Made by a program: the position numbers and the translations under genes
In this document: positions 11,705 through 25,039 of the stretch, piece after piece
Numbering within the stretch: position 1 is the stretch's first letter
How the letters are laid out: every line of letters begins with the position of its first letter
The notes under the pieces: generated by a model
Database searches by the model: none
The model's input: the letters and a program-made list of their open reading frames with translations, nothing else
What the model was told of the DNA's origin: nothing
Assembly (NCBI GenBank): GCA_030390025.1
Contig: CM059432.1
Coordinates: 36,582,001 to 36,646,000 of the forward strand
Reading direction: 5' to 3'
Origin: Squalus acanthias
Taxonomy: Eukaryota
Length of the DNA: 64,000 nucleotides

Positions 11705-12820
11705 ATTAAAGCCTATGATAATAAAGGGACAGTGGCAGCATGAATACAAAATTGGCTAAGGGACAGAAAGCAGAGAGCAGTGGCAAACAGTTGTTTTTCA
11801 GACTGGCTGGAAGTATATAGTGGTGTTCCCCAGGGGTCGGTATTAGGATCACTGCTCTTTTTGATAGATATTAATGACTTGGGTATACTAGGTATCATTT
11901 CAAAGTTTGCAGATGATATGAAACTCGGAAATGTAGTAAACAATGAGGAGGATAGTAACCGACTTCAGGAGGACATAGACAGACTGGTAAAATGGGCAGA
12001 CACATGGCAGATGAAATTTAACGCAGACAATTGTGAAGTGATACATTTATGTAGGAAGAATGAGGAGAGGCAATATGAACTAAATGGTACAATTTTCATG
12101 GGGATACAGGAACAGGAAGAGCTGGGGGTGTATGTACACAAATCTTTGAAGGTGGCAGGACAAGTTGAGAAGGCTGTTTAAATAAGGCATATGGGATCCT
12201 GGGCTTTATTAATAGAGTTCAAAAGCAAGGAAGTTATGCTAAACCTTTATAAAACACTGGTTAGGCCTCAGAAAGCGTATTGTGCTCATTTCTGAGCACC
12301 ACATTTTTAGGAAGGATGTCAAGGCCTTGGAGAGGGTGCAGAAGAGATTTACTAGAATGATACCAGGGATGAGGGACTTCAGTTATGTGGACAGACTGGA
12401 GAAGCTAGGGTTGTTCTCCTTAGAGCAGAGAAGGCTTAGAGAAGATTTGATAGAGATGTTCAAAATCCTGAATGGTTTTGATACAGTAAATAAGGAGAGA
12501 CTGTTTCTAGTGGCAGAAGGGTCGGTAATCAGAAGACACAGATTTAAGGTGATTGTTAAAAGAATCAGAGGTGAAATGAGGAAACATTTTTTACACAGCG
12601 AGTTGTTGTGATCTGGAATGCACTGCCTGAAAGGGTAGTGGAAGCAGATTTAATAGTAACTTTCAAAAGAGAATTGGATAAATACTTGAATGGAAAAAAA
12701 TTACAGGCTACGGGGAAAGAGCAGGGGAGTGGGATTAATTGGATAGCTCTACCAGAGAGCCAGCACAGACTCGATGGGCTGAATGGCTTCCTTCTGTGCA
12801 GTATCATTCTATGATTCTAT
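11705..12820 (+). mobile_element. 5'-truncated CR1 LINE
   Basis: GVPQGSVLG and FADD RT fragments; tail attctatgattctat. Confidence 0.9.
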
Positions 12821-12964
12821 AAGTCTCAAATATTTCACTGTAGTTTTTAGTTTGGCACACAGAAAAGAAAATTCTACTTCTTGTGAAGGTGAGAGATGTC
12901 AAAGTTGGGGAACTGAAACACTTTTTCACTTTGGATTCCAAAGTCAGCATCAGTTACGCATATA

Positions 12965-13280
12965 TTAGATATGGAGTAAAACTCCCTCTATACTGTCCCA
13001 TGAAACACCAAACACTCCCAGGGCAAGTACAGCACAAATTAGATGCAGAGTAAAGCTCCCACTAACTACCTTGCAATTCTAGGTCAGTTACAGCATGGGT
13101 CTTAACCCCAACCTCAGAAGAGTACCTCCTACTGAACCAGTATGTTTCCTCACTTCCCACAGCAGCCATCCTTGTTTGTCCTAAGTGAGGTTTTTGCCCT
13201 GTTGTGAGTAGTTTTGTCCTTTTGGCCCATGTCCACCATGAACTGGCCTGAGACTGTCCAAACTCATTTCACGTAGAAAT
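12965..13280 (-). mobile_element. LF-SINE-like element
   Basis: Reverse strand reads ctacgtgaaatgagtttggacagtctcaggccagttcatggtggac, matching the recalled LF-SINE core. Confidence 0.55.
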
Positions 13281-15196
13281 CAGCAGCCAATCAGCCGCTT
13301 TTTGTGTTAATTTTCTCCCTTTCTGAAGGCATTGACTTGTGCTGATGTATAGTTTCTCGGGCACTAGGTGCTCCTTGTACCTTGCCTAAGTATTTTTGAT
13401 GTGCGAACATGTCAGCAGGCTATTTGAATGTAGAAGATATTGCAGGCGAGCTCAATCCTGTTTTTGCCTGATGTCCGTACTCTGCACTTTCCAATTGGGG
13501 ATAGAAATCAGGCTAGGGAACTCCCCTCGGAATACTGAAGCCAGTTGCATCACCTATTTTGCCAACTAGGCAAAGACTGGGAATTGGACCTATGATCTTG
13601 TTATGGGTTAATGCTACACTAGGCAATGCTTCTACCCACTAAGTTGTGGATAAGACAAAAACATGTGCTATACATATATAGTATATCTTTTGACAGCTAT
13701 AGGCCTGGCTCGTTGCCTACTCTGCTCAGTGTCTATGCCCAGTGACTGCTTGTTGCATGTGCTTCCAATGTTCTATTTGTAGTGACTTAATAGCAGTGTA
13801 TAGGATTTAGAGATGGATAAAGAAAAAGTTTTCTTACAGTTCAAATGGTTTGACTTCTGAAAAGTTGTTTAAAGACTGAGGAATGTGGAGGGGTGAAGAC
13901 GTATGCACTTAATTCAGAGTGCTCCCATTCTAAGTTCAAGCAAATGTTGGGGCAAATTATCCTTTTTTTAAATTTCAAATCTTTGCCTCCAATTGAGATC
14001 TGCCAGTTTGGGTCATCTCCTTGATGCTAAGCCACTTTGGGACCTCCGCCTTAGGGAACCGCCTGAGAATTAATCCAGAATCGACGAGACCTGAGAAAAG
14101 CAGGGCACTGGCTGTGTACTGTGCTTTTCCAGCCACTAGCAGGTTTTTTTGAATATAGAATTGAGGGGTGTCATTTTGTAAAATAATGTAAATCCCTCAC
14201 ATCACCCCAAGGCCTTCCTTTCCCCTCAGAGTTCATTTTCTGTCCCTCCCCTTCCCAGTGCAGAATGGCAAGGATATAGATTCACACTTGTGATTCTGTC
14301 ACAGGCCTTTGCCAATCTTCAGCTTGGCTATGAAACGGGGAAGAAAACGCCAATCCTGGGCCAGTTGGTCCCCCGACTTCCCATTTGAAAAGGGTTCTGA
14401 GCCTAGTAGCCTAACTTCCTAGTAGCTAACTTGAAAAGCGTATTGTCTGACTCCAGCAACAAGGCTTCCTGCATACCTTTGATTCCAGTTTTACCCCTGA
14501 ACTCTCCTGAAGCATTGACTCTTGCTGGGGTGCAGTTCCATAGATGCCAAGCACCCTCCTGTACCTCACCCAAGTTCTTCACATCTGTGAGAGTGAGTGT
14601 CAGCAGACTATTCCACTGTGTGGGCAACAGAATAGAGCACAATATTCTCAATCGAATATAGTATGCACACTTTCCATGAGGGGCCACTGTATAGTGATCA
14701 GGAGGAGCAGGGACCCTGACTGATGTACTTTTTCCTTCTTTCCTTGCAACTCTCCCCAAGCACTTCTTTCATAGCTAAGGGTGCTGAGGTTCATTGTAGC
14801 ACCCATCCTTTGGGGGGGGCAATAATTTATACAGCAAGAATGGGAGGGGAGTTGGAGGACTAAAACCCTGGAAATGTGTGTTTTTTTGGAGGCGACGGGG
14901 GAAGAAAGTAAATTAATTGTTTCTAATCCTGGGGATTTTTTTTGGACAAAAAGTATTTTGGAACATCAGTGAATGACTTTTGGAATGAGGTCAAACCATT
15001 AGGAAATGAAACGGCATACAATATTCTGTAAAACATTGTCCTATTGTATTGTGATTGATGTTTTTTATTTTAAATGCCTCCTCTGGGTTAATTATTCGAT
15101 TCCATTTCATTCCAGGACATTTTTTATTGAGTTTTTCCCACATTACATCTGCCTGTGTGTTTGTTTTTTTCCCCATCTCTTTTGTTGTCCATTTAG

Positions 15197-15319
15197 GCTA
15201 AACCAGTAGAGAAAAGGCCTGAGCCGGTAAGATTGAACCGAAAAGCTGAATCCAGCACTGTAAATCGAGTAGCTAAAACCACAACCACGAAAGATAGCCA
15301 AAAACAAACCAATGGCAAA
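15197..15319 (+). CDS. MAP4: MAP4-specific pseudo-repeat exon (123 nt, phase 0/0)
   Basis: ttgtccatttag acceptor, AAA|GTGAGT donor; AKPVEKRPEPVRLNRKAESSTVNRVAKTTTTKDSQKQTNGK resembles the AKVEKK...AGK insert between R1 and R2 found in MAP4 but not tau or MAP2. Confidence 0.9.
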
Positions 15320-15574
15320 GTGAGTGAATGAAAATGTCGATTTTTGTTTTACATTCATTTTTAAACTGAATACATGTCTTTGCATTTCAATATGATTTTC
15401 CATCGTGTTCCCTGTGAGTATAAATCAGTAGATTGTTTATAGTACTGGATGGTGCAGTGGATTACCACACGAAGCTTTCACTCTTGGGGCCATGGTTCAG
15501 ATCTAGTCAAGACTGATGCAACAATCTGAACAACAACAACTTGCATTTATATATAGCGCTTTTAATGTAGAAAA

Positions 15575-15750
15575 TATCCTCGCTCTCTCCCTATGTCCTT
15601 CTCTCTCTCTCTCCCTCCCGCTCCACCTCCTCAACCTCTCATCCCTCTCACTCTCCTTCCCCCCACTCATCCATCCCTCACTCCCTCCTTCCCTCCCTCT
15701 CGATCTTCCCCTCCCTCCCCCCTCCCCCCTCTCCCCTCCCCCCTCCCCCC
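15575..15750 (+). repeat. C/T-rich low-complexity tract
   Basis: Almost pure pyrimidine. Confidence 0.85.
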
Positions 15751-17450
15751 ACAGAAGGAGGCCATTCGGCCCATTGTACCTGTTTTGGCTCTTTGAAAGA
15801 GCTGTCCAATTTACACCCCAGCTTTTTCCCCATTACCCTGCAAATTAGTCCTCTTCAAGTACATGTCCAATTACCTTTTGAAAGTTCCTATAGAATCTGC
15901 TTCCACCACCCTTTCAGGTAGTGCGTTCCAGACCTTAACAACCCTCTGGGGGGGGGGGGGGAATTTCTCCTCACTTCCCCTCTAGTTCTTTTGCCAATTA
16001 TTTTAAATCTATGACCTCTGGTTACTAACCCACTTGCCAGAGGAAACAGTTTCTCCCTACTTGCTTTATCAAAATCCCTCATAATTTTGAATACCTCTAT
16101 TAGGTCTCCCCTTATATCCTTCCCTGCTCTAAGGAGAACAATCTCAGCTTTTCCAATCTCGCCACGTAACTGAAGTCCCTCATCCCTGGTATCATCCTGG
16201 CAAACCTCTTCTGTACCCTCTCCAAGGCCCAGAATTGTACACAATACTTCAGCTGAGGTCTAACCAGTGATTTGTAAAAGTTTAACATGACTTCCTTGTT
16301 TTTGTATTCAGTGTCCCTATTTACAAAACCATATATTCCATATGCTTTCTTTACTGCCTTCTCAACTTGCCCTGCCACCTTCAAAGATTTATGAATATGC
16401 ACCCCAGGTCCCTCTTCTCTTGCATCCCCTTCAAAATAGTACCATTTAGATTAGACTGCCTCACCATGTTGTTCCTCCCAAAGTGCATCACTTCGCATTT
16501 ATCCACATTAAATTGCATCTGCCATGTGTCTGTCTATTTCACCAGCCTGTAAATGTTCTCCTGAAGTCTACTACTATCCTCCTCACTACTTACTACATTG
16601 CCAAGTTTTGTATCATCTGCAGACTTTGAAATTATATTCCCTATATACAAGTCCAGGTCACTTATATATAAACAAGAAAAGCAGTGGTCCTAATATCAAT
16701 CCCTGGGGGACGCCACTGCATCCTTCTCTCCAGTCAGAAAAACATCTGTTGCACCACTGCTCTCTGCCTCCTAACCCTTGGCCAATTACATACCCAAATT
16801 ACCACCATCCTTTCAATCCCATGTGCTTCTATTTTCCGAATAAGTCTGTTATGTTGTACTTTATCAAATGCCTTTTCAAAGTCCGTATATACATCTACTG
16901 CACTACCTTCATCAACCATCTCTGTTACTTAATCAAAGAACTCAATCAGGTTAGTCAGACACGATTTGCCTTTAACAATTCTGTCCTGGGTGTCCCTTAT
17001 TAACCCATGCTTCTCCAAGTGAGAATTAAATTTGTTCTTGACGATGGTCTCCAGTAGTTTTCCCACCACTGATGTTAAACTGACTGGCCTGTAGGTTTAT
17101 CCCCCTCCCCTTTAATGAATTGGGTGTAACATTTACAATCCTCCCAGTTCTCTGGCACCACTCCCATGATCCAAGGAAGACTGAAAGATTATGGTCAGAA
17201 CTTCTGCTATCTCCACCCTTGCTTCCCTCAGCAACCTAGGATGCATCCTATCTGGAACAGGTGACTTGTTAACTGAGTGATGCCAACCTGTTTAGCACCT
17301 TCTTTCTATTTTTATACTATCCAATATCTCTACTCCCTCCTTCTCTACTGCGACATTAACTTCATCATCTTTTGAAAAGACAGATGCAAAGTACTAGTTC
17401 AGTACCTCAGTCATGCTCTCTGCCTCCACAAGGATATTTCCCTTTAATTT
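15750..17450 (-). mobile_element. Decayed CR1 LINE
   Basis: RT fragments DFEKAFDKV and LKYCVQFW on the minus strand. Confidence 0.85.
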
Positions 17451-17509
17451 TAATCTCCTCTATTACTGCCTGAGTGCAGCCAAGACTGAGATGTTACCTT
17501 ATATGGTGT

Positions 17510-17913
17510 ATGGCCTTAGAGAGGGTGCAGATTTACTAGAATGGTACCAGGGATGAGGGACCAGTTATGTGGAGATACTAGAGAAGCTGGGATTTTTCTC
17601 CTTAGAGCAGAGAAGGTTAAGCGGAGATTTAATACAGGTGTTTAAAATTATTAAAGTTTTTGATAGAGTAAATAAGGAGAAACTGTTTCCACTGGCAGGG
17701 GAGTCGGTAACCAGAGGACACAGATTTAAAATAATTGGTGGAAGCAGATTCAACAGTAATTTTACAAAGGGAACTGGATATATACCTGAAAAGGAAAAAT
17801 TTGCAGGGATATGGGGAAGGAGCAAGGGTGTGGAACTAATTAGGTAGCTCTTTCAAAGTGTCGCCACAGGCACGATGGACTGAATGGCCTCCTTCTGTGC
17901 TATATGATTCTAT
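17510..17913 (+). mobile_element. CR1 3' fragment
   Basis: LEKLGFFSLEQRRL; tail atgattctatg. Confidence 0.8.
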
Positions 17914-17984
17914 GGTGTATTCCACAGTGACTGGTCACTGAGGAAAAGTACTTGGCAGTGGGCCCTTTGTATATGTAGTGTCAG

Positions 17985-18375
17985 CTTCTCCTGTGGCTTA
18001 TTGGCTAACTTTCACACATAATATAGTACTGAGCCATACTGAAAATAGGAAGATCCCTGGTTTGATCTCCAGTTAACCCATCCCAACCAGTGCGGCAATT
18101 GGCTTCAGCGCCACTGAACTAGGAAGCAGAGTGTGGGGAGGAAATCAATTGGGGTTCTTCCTCCCAACTGCTTTACAGTCATCGCTGCTGGAAAATGTAC
18201 ATGTGTAGACGTGGGTGAGGAAAGGATCAGGTTCAGCTCCGGCCCTCTCCCCTGGTTAACTAGCCTGCAAACACTCTTTCTAGAATCAAGAGACTTTTCA
18301 GAGGGTGCTAAGGGTCCTTGGAACTATACTCCAGCAACAGTCAGCACCTACAGGAGTGCAGGGGAGAAATAGGAA
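17985..18375 (+). mobile_element. Representative copy of an old tRNA-headed SINE family present more than 15 times in the window
   Basis: Shared motifs gaatagcctgctga, gaatggccacttgggcgaggtac and cagcaagagtcagcaccttcagg also occur near 270-530, 8920-9345, 13300-13640, 14490-14800, 29280-29610, 31200-31460, 33880-34280, 38110-38510, 42270-42520, 43160-43530, 47290-47570, 48680-49540, 54300-54690 and 55380-55700. Confidence 0.6.
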
Positions 18376-19548
18376 AGGGCTCAAAGGAACGATGTAGAGA
18401 CAAAATTCACTCCTTTAGAATATTTGCTCTCTGAACCTCACCCCTCCCCATCCAGCTTCCCTCTTTAGGTCCTCTCCTGTGCATACTTATAGAAGTCAAA
18501 CAAGAGGTGGGGACATCTGAGGTGTTGTCCTAAAATTATTGGGAAGAAGAAAACGACACAGGCGTACACATCCAATTTAATGACAGACACTTGGAGATGT
18601 ATTATCGTTACTACATTGTGAAGGCTTAACTAACTTTTCTTTGTGCTTCAGTTAATAAAGAATGTTGAAGGTGTTGTCCAACAGGCTTACCCCCTACTCC
18701 ACCTCTCCTTTCATGGTGTTCAGTTTCATGAGCAGTCCTCTGGAACCATTCTATACGTGCGAGTCTACAACCTAAGCGTCAGCAGGTTATTCCACCGTGA
18801 AAGGCATCACGGCTGAACCTGATCCTGCCTGCGCCCAACATTTTCCAGCATGGTGGGATCATAGAAAATACAAAGAGGTCTAAGTTAGGTTTGGAGTGCA
18901 TGTGTGTAAATGCACAAAGTGTGATTAATAAGATTGGTGAGCTGCAGGCGCAAATAGCCATGTGGGACTATGACGTAGTGGCGATAACTGAGACCTGGCT
19001 CAATAAAAGGAGGATTAGATGCTTAATATTCCTGGTACAAGGTGTTCAGGAAAGATAGGGAAGGGGGAAAAAAACGAGGTGTAGCAGTTTTGATTAGGGA
19101 AAATATTACAGTTCTAGAAAGAGAGAATGTCCTTGAGGGGGTCAAATTCAGAATCTGTCTGGTTAGAGGTTAGAAACAATAAAGCAGCTATTATACTACT
19201 TGGTGTATTTTATAGGCCACCAAATAGTGGGAAGGAGATAGAGGAGCAGATTTACAAAGAAATTACTGAGAGGTGCAAGACCTATAGAATATTGATAATG
19301 GGAGACTTTAACTACCTCAGTATTGAATGGGGCAATGATTGTGTGAAGGGGAGGAATTTCTGAATTGTGTTCAGGAGAATTTTTTTGATCAGTATGTTTC
19401 CTGGTCAACGTGGAAGGGAGCGTTGCTGGATCTATTCCTGGGACATGAAATGGGTCAAGTGGAGAATTTCACAGTCGGGGAACACCTTGGGAATAGTGAT
19501 CATAATATCATAGGGTTTAGATTAGTTATGGAAAAGGACAAGGAGCAA

Positions 19549-20494
19549 TCATAGAGTCATAACGGCACAGAAGGAGGTCATTTGGCCAATCGAGTCCGTG
19601 CCGGCTCTCTGTAGAGCAATCCAGTCAGTCCCATTCCCCCGCTCTATCCCCGTAGCCCTGCAAGTTTATTTCCCTCAAGTGCCTATCCAGTCTCCCCTTG
19701 AAAACATTGAGTGTCTCCGCTTCCACCACTTCCGTCGGCAGCGAATTCCAGGTCATCGCCACTCGCTGCATAAAAAAGTTTTCCCTCACATTCCCCCCTG
19801 TATCTCTTGCCCAAAACCTTAAATCTGTGTCCCCTAGTCCTTGTACCATCAACTAGTGGGAACAGCCTTTCCCCGTCTAGCCTATCCAAACCCGTCATAA
19901 TCTTGTACACCTCTATCAAATCACCCCTCAAACTCCTTTGCTCTAATGAAAACAAATCCACCTTCTCCAACCTGTCCTTGTAGCGAAGATCCCCCATCCC
20001 TGGAACCATTCTGGTAAATCTCCTCTGCATCCTCTCAAGGGCCTTCACATCCTTCCTAAAGTGTGGTGACCAGAACTGGACGCAATACTCCAGTTGTGGC
20101 CTAACCAGCGCTTTATAAAGGTTCAGTATAACTTCTCTACTTTTGTACTCAATACCACTATTTATGAAGCCCAAGATCCCATATGCTTTGTTAACCACTC
20201 TCTCAATATGCCCTACCACCTTCAAGGACCTATGCACATTAACTCCCAGGTCCCTCTGTGCCGTTAAGTGTATATTACCTCTCCCTGTTCCTTCTGCCAA
20301 AATGCATCACCTCACACTTCTCTGTATTAAATTCCATCTGCCACTTGCCTGCCCATTCTGCTAGCCTTTTTCTATGTCCTGTTGCAGTCGATTGGTATCA
20401 TCATCACTGTTTGCCACACTCCCAAGTTTGGTGTCATCGGCAAATTTAGACATTCTACTCTGTATTCCAATATCCAGGTCATTTATATATATAT
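19549..20494 (-). mobile_element. Nested 5'-truncated CR1
   Basis: ORF 19683-20300 is an RT C-terminus; tail catagagtcata. Confidence 0.9.
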
Positions 20495-20834
20495 CTAGTA
20501 TAAAAATACTTATCTGGAGGAGGGCTAATTTCAGCAAATTGAGAAGGTATCTGGCATGGGTAAATTGGAGTCAAAGGCTGGCAGGCAGAAATGCAACAGA
20601 GCAATGGGCGGCCTTTAAAGTGGAGATGGTTCGGGTACAGTCTAGGTACATTCCCACAAAGGGGAAAGGGAGGACCACCAAAGCCAGAGCTCCCTGGATG
20701 ACGAAGGAGTTAGAGAGTAGGTGAAGCAGAAAAAGGCATATGGCAGATGTCAGCTTGATAATGCAAGGGAGAATCAGGCTGAATATAAAAAGTACAGAGA
20801 AGTGAAAAAGGAAATAAGAGGGGCAAAGAGACAG

Positions 20835-22030
20835 TAACAACAATAACAACTTGTATTTATATAGCGCCTTTAACATAGTATTTATATAGCGCCTTTAACG
20901 TAGTAAAACGTCCCAAGGCACTGCACAGGAGTATTTTAAGACAAAAAATTTGACACCGATCCACATAAGGATAAATTAGGGCAGGTCAGAAATGGGGATG
21001 TTCGCTGATGACTGCACAGTGTTCAGTGCCATTCACAACTCCTCAGATAATGAAGTAGCCCATGCCCGCATGCAACAAGACCTGGACGACATTCAGGCTT
21101 GGGCTGATAAGTGGCAGGTAACATTCGCACCACAGAAGTACCAGGCAATGACTATCTCCAACAAGTGAGAGTCTAAACACCGCCCCTTGACTTTCAGTGA
21201 CATTACCATCACCGAATCCCCCACCATCAACATCCTGGGGGTCACCATTGACCAGAAACTCAACTGGACCAGCCACATAATTACTGTGGCAACAAGAGCA
21301 GGTTAGAGGCTAGGTATTTTGTGGCAAGTGTCTCACCTCCTGACTCCCCAAAGCCTTTCTACCATCTACAAGGCACAAGTAAGGAGTGTGATGGAATACT
21401 GTCCACTTGCCTGGATGAGTGCAGCTCCAACAACACTCATGAAGCTCGACACCATCCAGGACAAAGCAGCCTGCTTGATTGGCACCGCCTCTACCACCTT
21501 AAACATTCACACTCTCCACCACCGGCGTACCGTGGCTGCAGTGTGTACTATCTACAAGATGCACTGCAGCAACTCGCCAAGGCTTCTTCGGCAGCACCTC
21601 CCAAACCCGCAACCTCTTCCACCTAGAAGGACAAGGGCAGCAGACGCATGGGGACACCACCACCTCCAAGTTCCCCTCCAAGTTATACATCATACTGACT
21701 TAGAAGTATATCGCCGTTCCTTCATCGTCGCTGAGTCAAAATCCTGGAACTCCCTACCTAATAGCACTGTGGGAGTACCTTCACCACACGGACTGCAGCG
21801 GTTCAAGAAGGCAGCTCACCACCACCTTCTCAAGGGCAATTAGGGATGGGCAATAAATGCTGGCCTTGCCAGCGACACCCACATCCCATAAAAACAAATT
21901 TTTTAAAAAGTGACCAAAAGCTTGGTCAAAGAGGTAGGTTTAAGGAGCGTCTTAAAGGAGGAAAGAGAGTTAGCGCGGCGGACAGGTTTAGGCAGGGAAT
22001 TCCAGAGCTTAGGGCCTAGGCAACAGAAGG
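20835..22030 (-). mobile_element. L2-type 3' fragment, itself split by a LINE at 20985-21910
   Basis: caacaacttgtatttatatagcgcc tail; continues at 21910 with gtgaccaaaagcttggtcaaagagg. Confidence 0.7.
20985..21910 (+). mobile_element. 5'-truncated LINE of a second CR1/L2-superclade family (Zenon-like)
   Basis: GMFADD and STIYKAQVRSVMEY; tail gggatgggcaataaatgctggccttgccagcgac..ccacatccc; same family at 40900-42120, 45472-47170, 58238-64000. Confidence 0.85.
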
Positions 22031-23236
22031 TACGAGAATAGATTGGCAGCTAACATAAAGGGGAATCCAGAGGTCTTCTGTAGACATATTAACAGTAAAA
22101 GGGTCATCAGAGGACCGGTGAGGCTGATTAGGGACCAAAATGGAGACCTATTGGTGAAGGCATGGCTGAGGTACTAAGTGAGTACTTTGCATCGGTGTTT
22201 ACCAAGGAAGAGGACTTTGCCAAAGCTTTGGTAAACAAGCAGATTGACGGGATAGATAATGAGATAAAAATAGATAAAGAGGAGGTACCAGAAAGGTTGG
22301 CAGTACTTAAAGTAGATAATTCACCTGGTCCGGATGGGATCCATCCTAGGTTGCTGAGAGAAATAAGGGTAGAAATTGCAGAGGTGCTGGCCACATTCCT
22401 CCTTAGATACAGGGGTGAAGCCAAAGGACTGGAGGATTGCAAATGTTACACTCTTGTTCAAAAAAGTGGAGAAGGATGAACCTGGCAATTACAGGCCAGT
22501 CAGTTTAACGTCGGTGGGGGGGAAGCTTTTAGAAACATTAATCCGGGAGAAAATTAACAGCCACTTGGACAAGTATGGACTAATAAAGGAAAGCCTTCAT
22601 GGATTTATTAAGGGCAAATCATGTTTGACTAATTTGAGAGTTTTTTGATGAGTTAACAGAGAGGGTGGATGAGAGTAGTGCAGTTGATGTTGTGTATATG
22701 GACTTTGAAAAGGCACTTGATAAAGTACCACATATTAGGCTTGTTAACAAAATTGAAGGTTAAAAGGGGCAGTAGCAGCATGGATACAAAATTGGCTAAG
22801 GGACAGAAAACAGAGTTGTGGTGAATGACTGACTGTTTTTCAGACTGGATGGAGGTATACAGTGGAGTTCCCCAAGGTTCACTAGGACCATTGCTGTTTT
22901 TGATGTACATTAATGACTTGGACTTGGGGGTAGAGGGCACAATTTCAAAATTTGCAGATGACATGAAACTTGGAAGTGTAGTAAACAGTGACTAAGATAG
23001 TAATAGACTTGAAGAAGACATAGACAGGCTGGTGGAATTCAACGCAGAAAAGTGTGAGGTGATGCATTTTGGTAGGAAGAATAAGGAGAGACAATACATG
23101 CTAAATGATACAATTTTAAACGGGGTGCAAGAAGAGAGAGACCTTGGGGATGTTTGTACACAAATCTTTGAAGGTGGCAGGACCGGTTAACAAAGCAGTT
23201 AATAAAGCATATTGGATCCTGGGCTTTAAAAATTGA

Positions 23237-23295
23237 CAAAATTGAGAGGTCGCACAACACCAGGTTATAGTCCAACAGTTTTATTTGAAATCACT
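23237..23295. mobile_element. 59-bp Penelope-like terminal fragment
   Basis: cacaacaccaggttatagtccaacag flanked by a 13-bp direct repeat ctttaaaaattga (23224-23236, 23296-23308). Confidence 0.55.
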
Positions 23296-23677
23296 CTTTA
23301 AAAATTGAGGCATAGAGTACAAAAGCCAGGAAGTTATGCAAGGCCTATATAAAACACTAGTTTGACCTCAGCTGGGCACCACACTTTAGGAAGGACGTGA
23401 AGGCTTTGGCGAGGGTACAAAAGAGATTTACTAGAATGGGATGAGGGATTACATTTACGTGGATATACTGGAGAAGCTGGGGTTGTTCTCCCTAGAGCAG
23501 AGAAGGCTAAGAGGAAATTTGATTGAGGTGTTTAAAATTATGAAAGGTTTAGATAGAATAAATAAAGAGAAACTGTTTCCAATGCCTGAAGGTTCGATAA
23601 CCAAAGGGCATCGATTTAAGTTGATTGGCAAAAGTACCAGAGGCGACATGAGGAAAATTAGTTTTACGCAACGAGTA

Positions 23678-24437
23678 TTTCCTAAATGGTGAAAGATTGG
23701 GGAATGCAGATGCTCAAAGGGACCTGGATGTCCTTGTACATGAGTCACTGAAAGTGAATGTGCAGGTGCAGCAAGCCATTAAGAAGGCAAATAAATGGTA
23801 TGCTGGCCTTCATTACAAGAGGATTTGAGTACAGGAGTAAAGAAGTCTTACTCCAATTATATAGGGCCATAGTGAGACCACACCTGGAGTACTGTGTACA
23901 ATTTTGGTCTCCTTACCTAAGGAAGGATGGAAGGATATACTTGCCATAGAAGGGAGTGCAACGAAGGTTCACGAGATTGATTCCTGGGATGGCGGGACTG
24001 TCGTATGAGAAGAGATTGAGTAAACTAGGCCTGTATTCTCTTGAATTCAGAAGAATGAGAGGGGATCTCATTGAAGCATACAAAATTATTACAGGGCTTG
24101 ATAGGGTGGATGCTGGGAGAATGCTTCCCTTGGCTGGGGAGTTTAGAACCAGGGGCCACAGCCTTAGGATAAAGGGTAGGCCATTCAGGACTGAGATGAG
24201 AAGAAATTTCTTCACAGAGGGTGGTGAATCTTTGGAATTCTCTATCCCAGAGGGCTGTGGAGGCTCAGTCATTGGGTATATTCAAAACAGGAGTCGATAG
24301 ATTTCTGACTAGTAAAGGCATCAAGGGATATGGCGATAGGGCCGGTGAATGGAGTTGAGGCAGAAGATCATTGAATAGCGGAGCAGGCTCGAAGGGCCGA
24401 ATGGCCTACTCCTGCTCCTATTTCTCATGTTCTTATG
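23678..24437 (+). mobile_element. Nested CR1 3' fragment
   Basis: RPHLEYCVQFWSP and RRFTRLIPG; tail ttctcatgttcttatg. Confidence 0.85.
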
Positions 24438-25039
24438 AGTGGTTCGGATTTGGAATGCACTGCCTGATAGGGTGCTGGATACAGATTCAGTAGTAATCTT
24501 CAAAAGAGAATTGGATAAATACTTGAAGGAGAAAAAATTGCAAGGATATGGAGAAGGAGTGGGGCTAACTGGATTGCTCTTCAAAAGAGCCAGTGCAGAC
24601 TCGACAGGCCGAATGGCGGCCTCCTGTGCTGTACTATTCTATGATTCAATGATTCTTTCCCTTCCCCACACCCCTATCCCTATCCCTAGCCCAAGGGCGC
24701 TCTACCAGTTGCACTGATTAAGATCAGCTAAGAGACCTGACGTTGAGCAGGGGACCCGCATGCCCATCGCATGATGCCTATAGCTGCTGAGCCAGCAAGG
24801 GAGCATCCATCTAACTGATACCATAAATTGGGACTGAGAGAACAAAGATGATAGAGGCTGAATTTTGCTGACAGATTTGCTTCTTTGCCAGTAGATGTTG
24901 TTTTGAGTCCTGCTACAAGAGGAAAGGAAATAAAACCATTAGATTGAAAGAAAATACTGTCAGGACTCTAATTATGTTGTTTCCCTCTAATCCTATTTTT
25001 GAATGGTGTAGTTAACAGTTAATATCAGGGTTACAAAGA

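Larger units (their letters stand above)
18870..24655 (+). mobile_element. Decayed CR1 ORF2 hosting several nested insertions
   Basis: APE motifs at 18890-19550; collinear continuation at 20495-20835, 22030-23236, 23296-23675 and 24438-24655 (tail attctatgattc). Confidence 0.85.
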
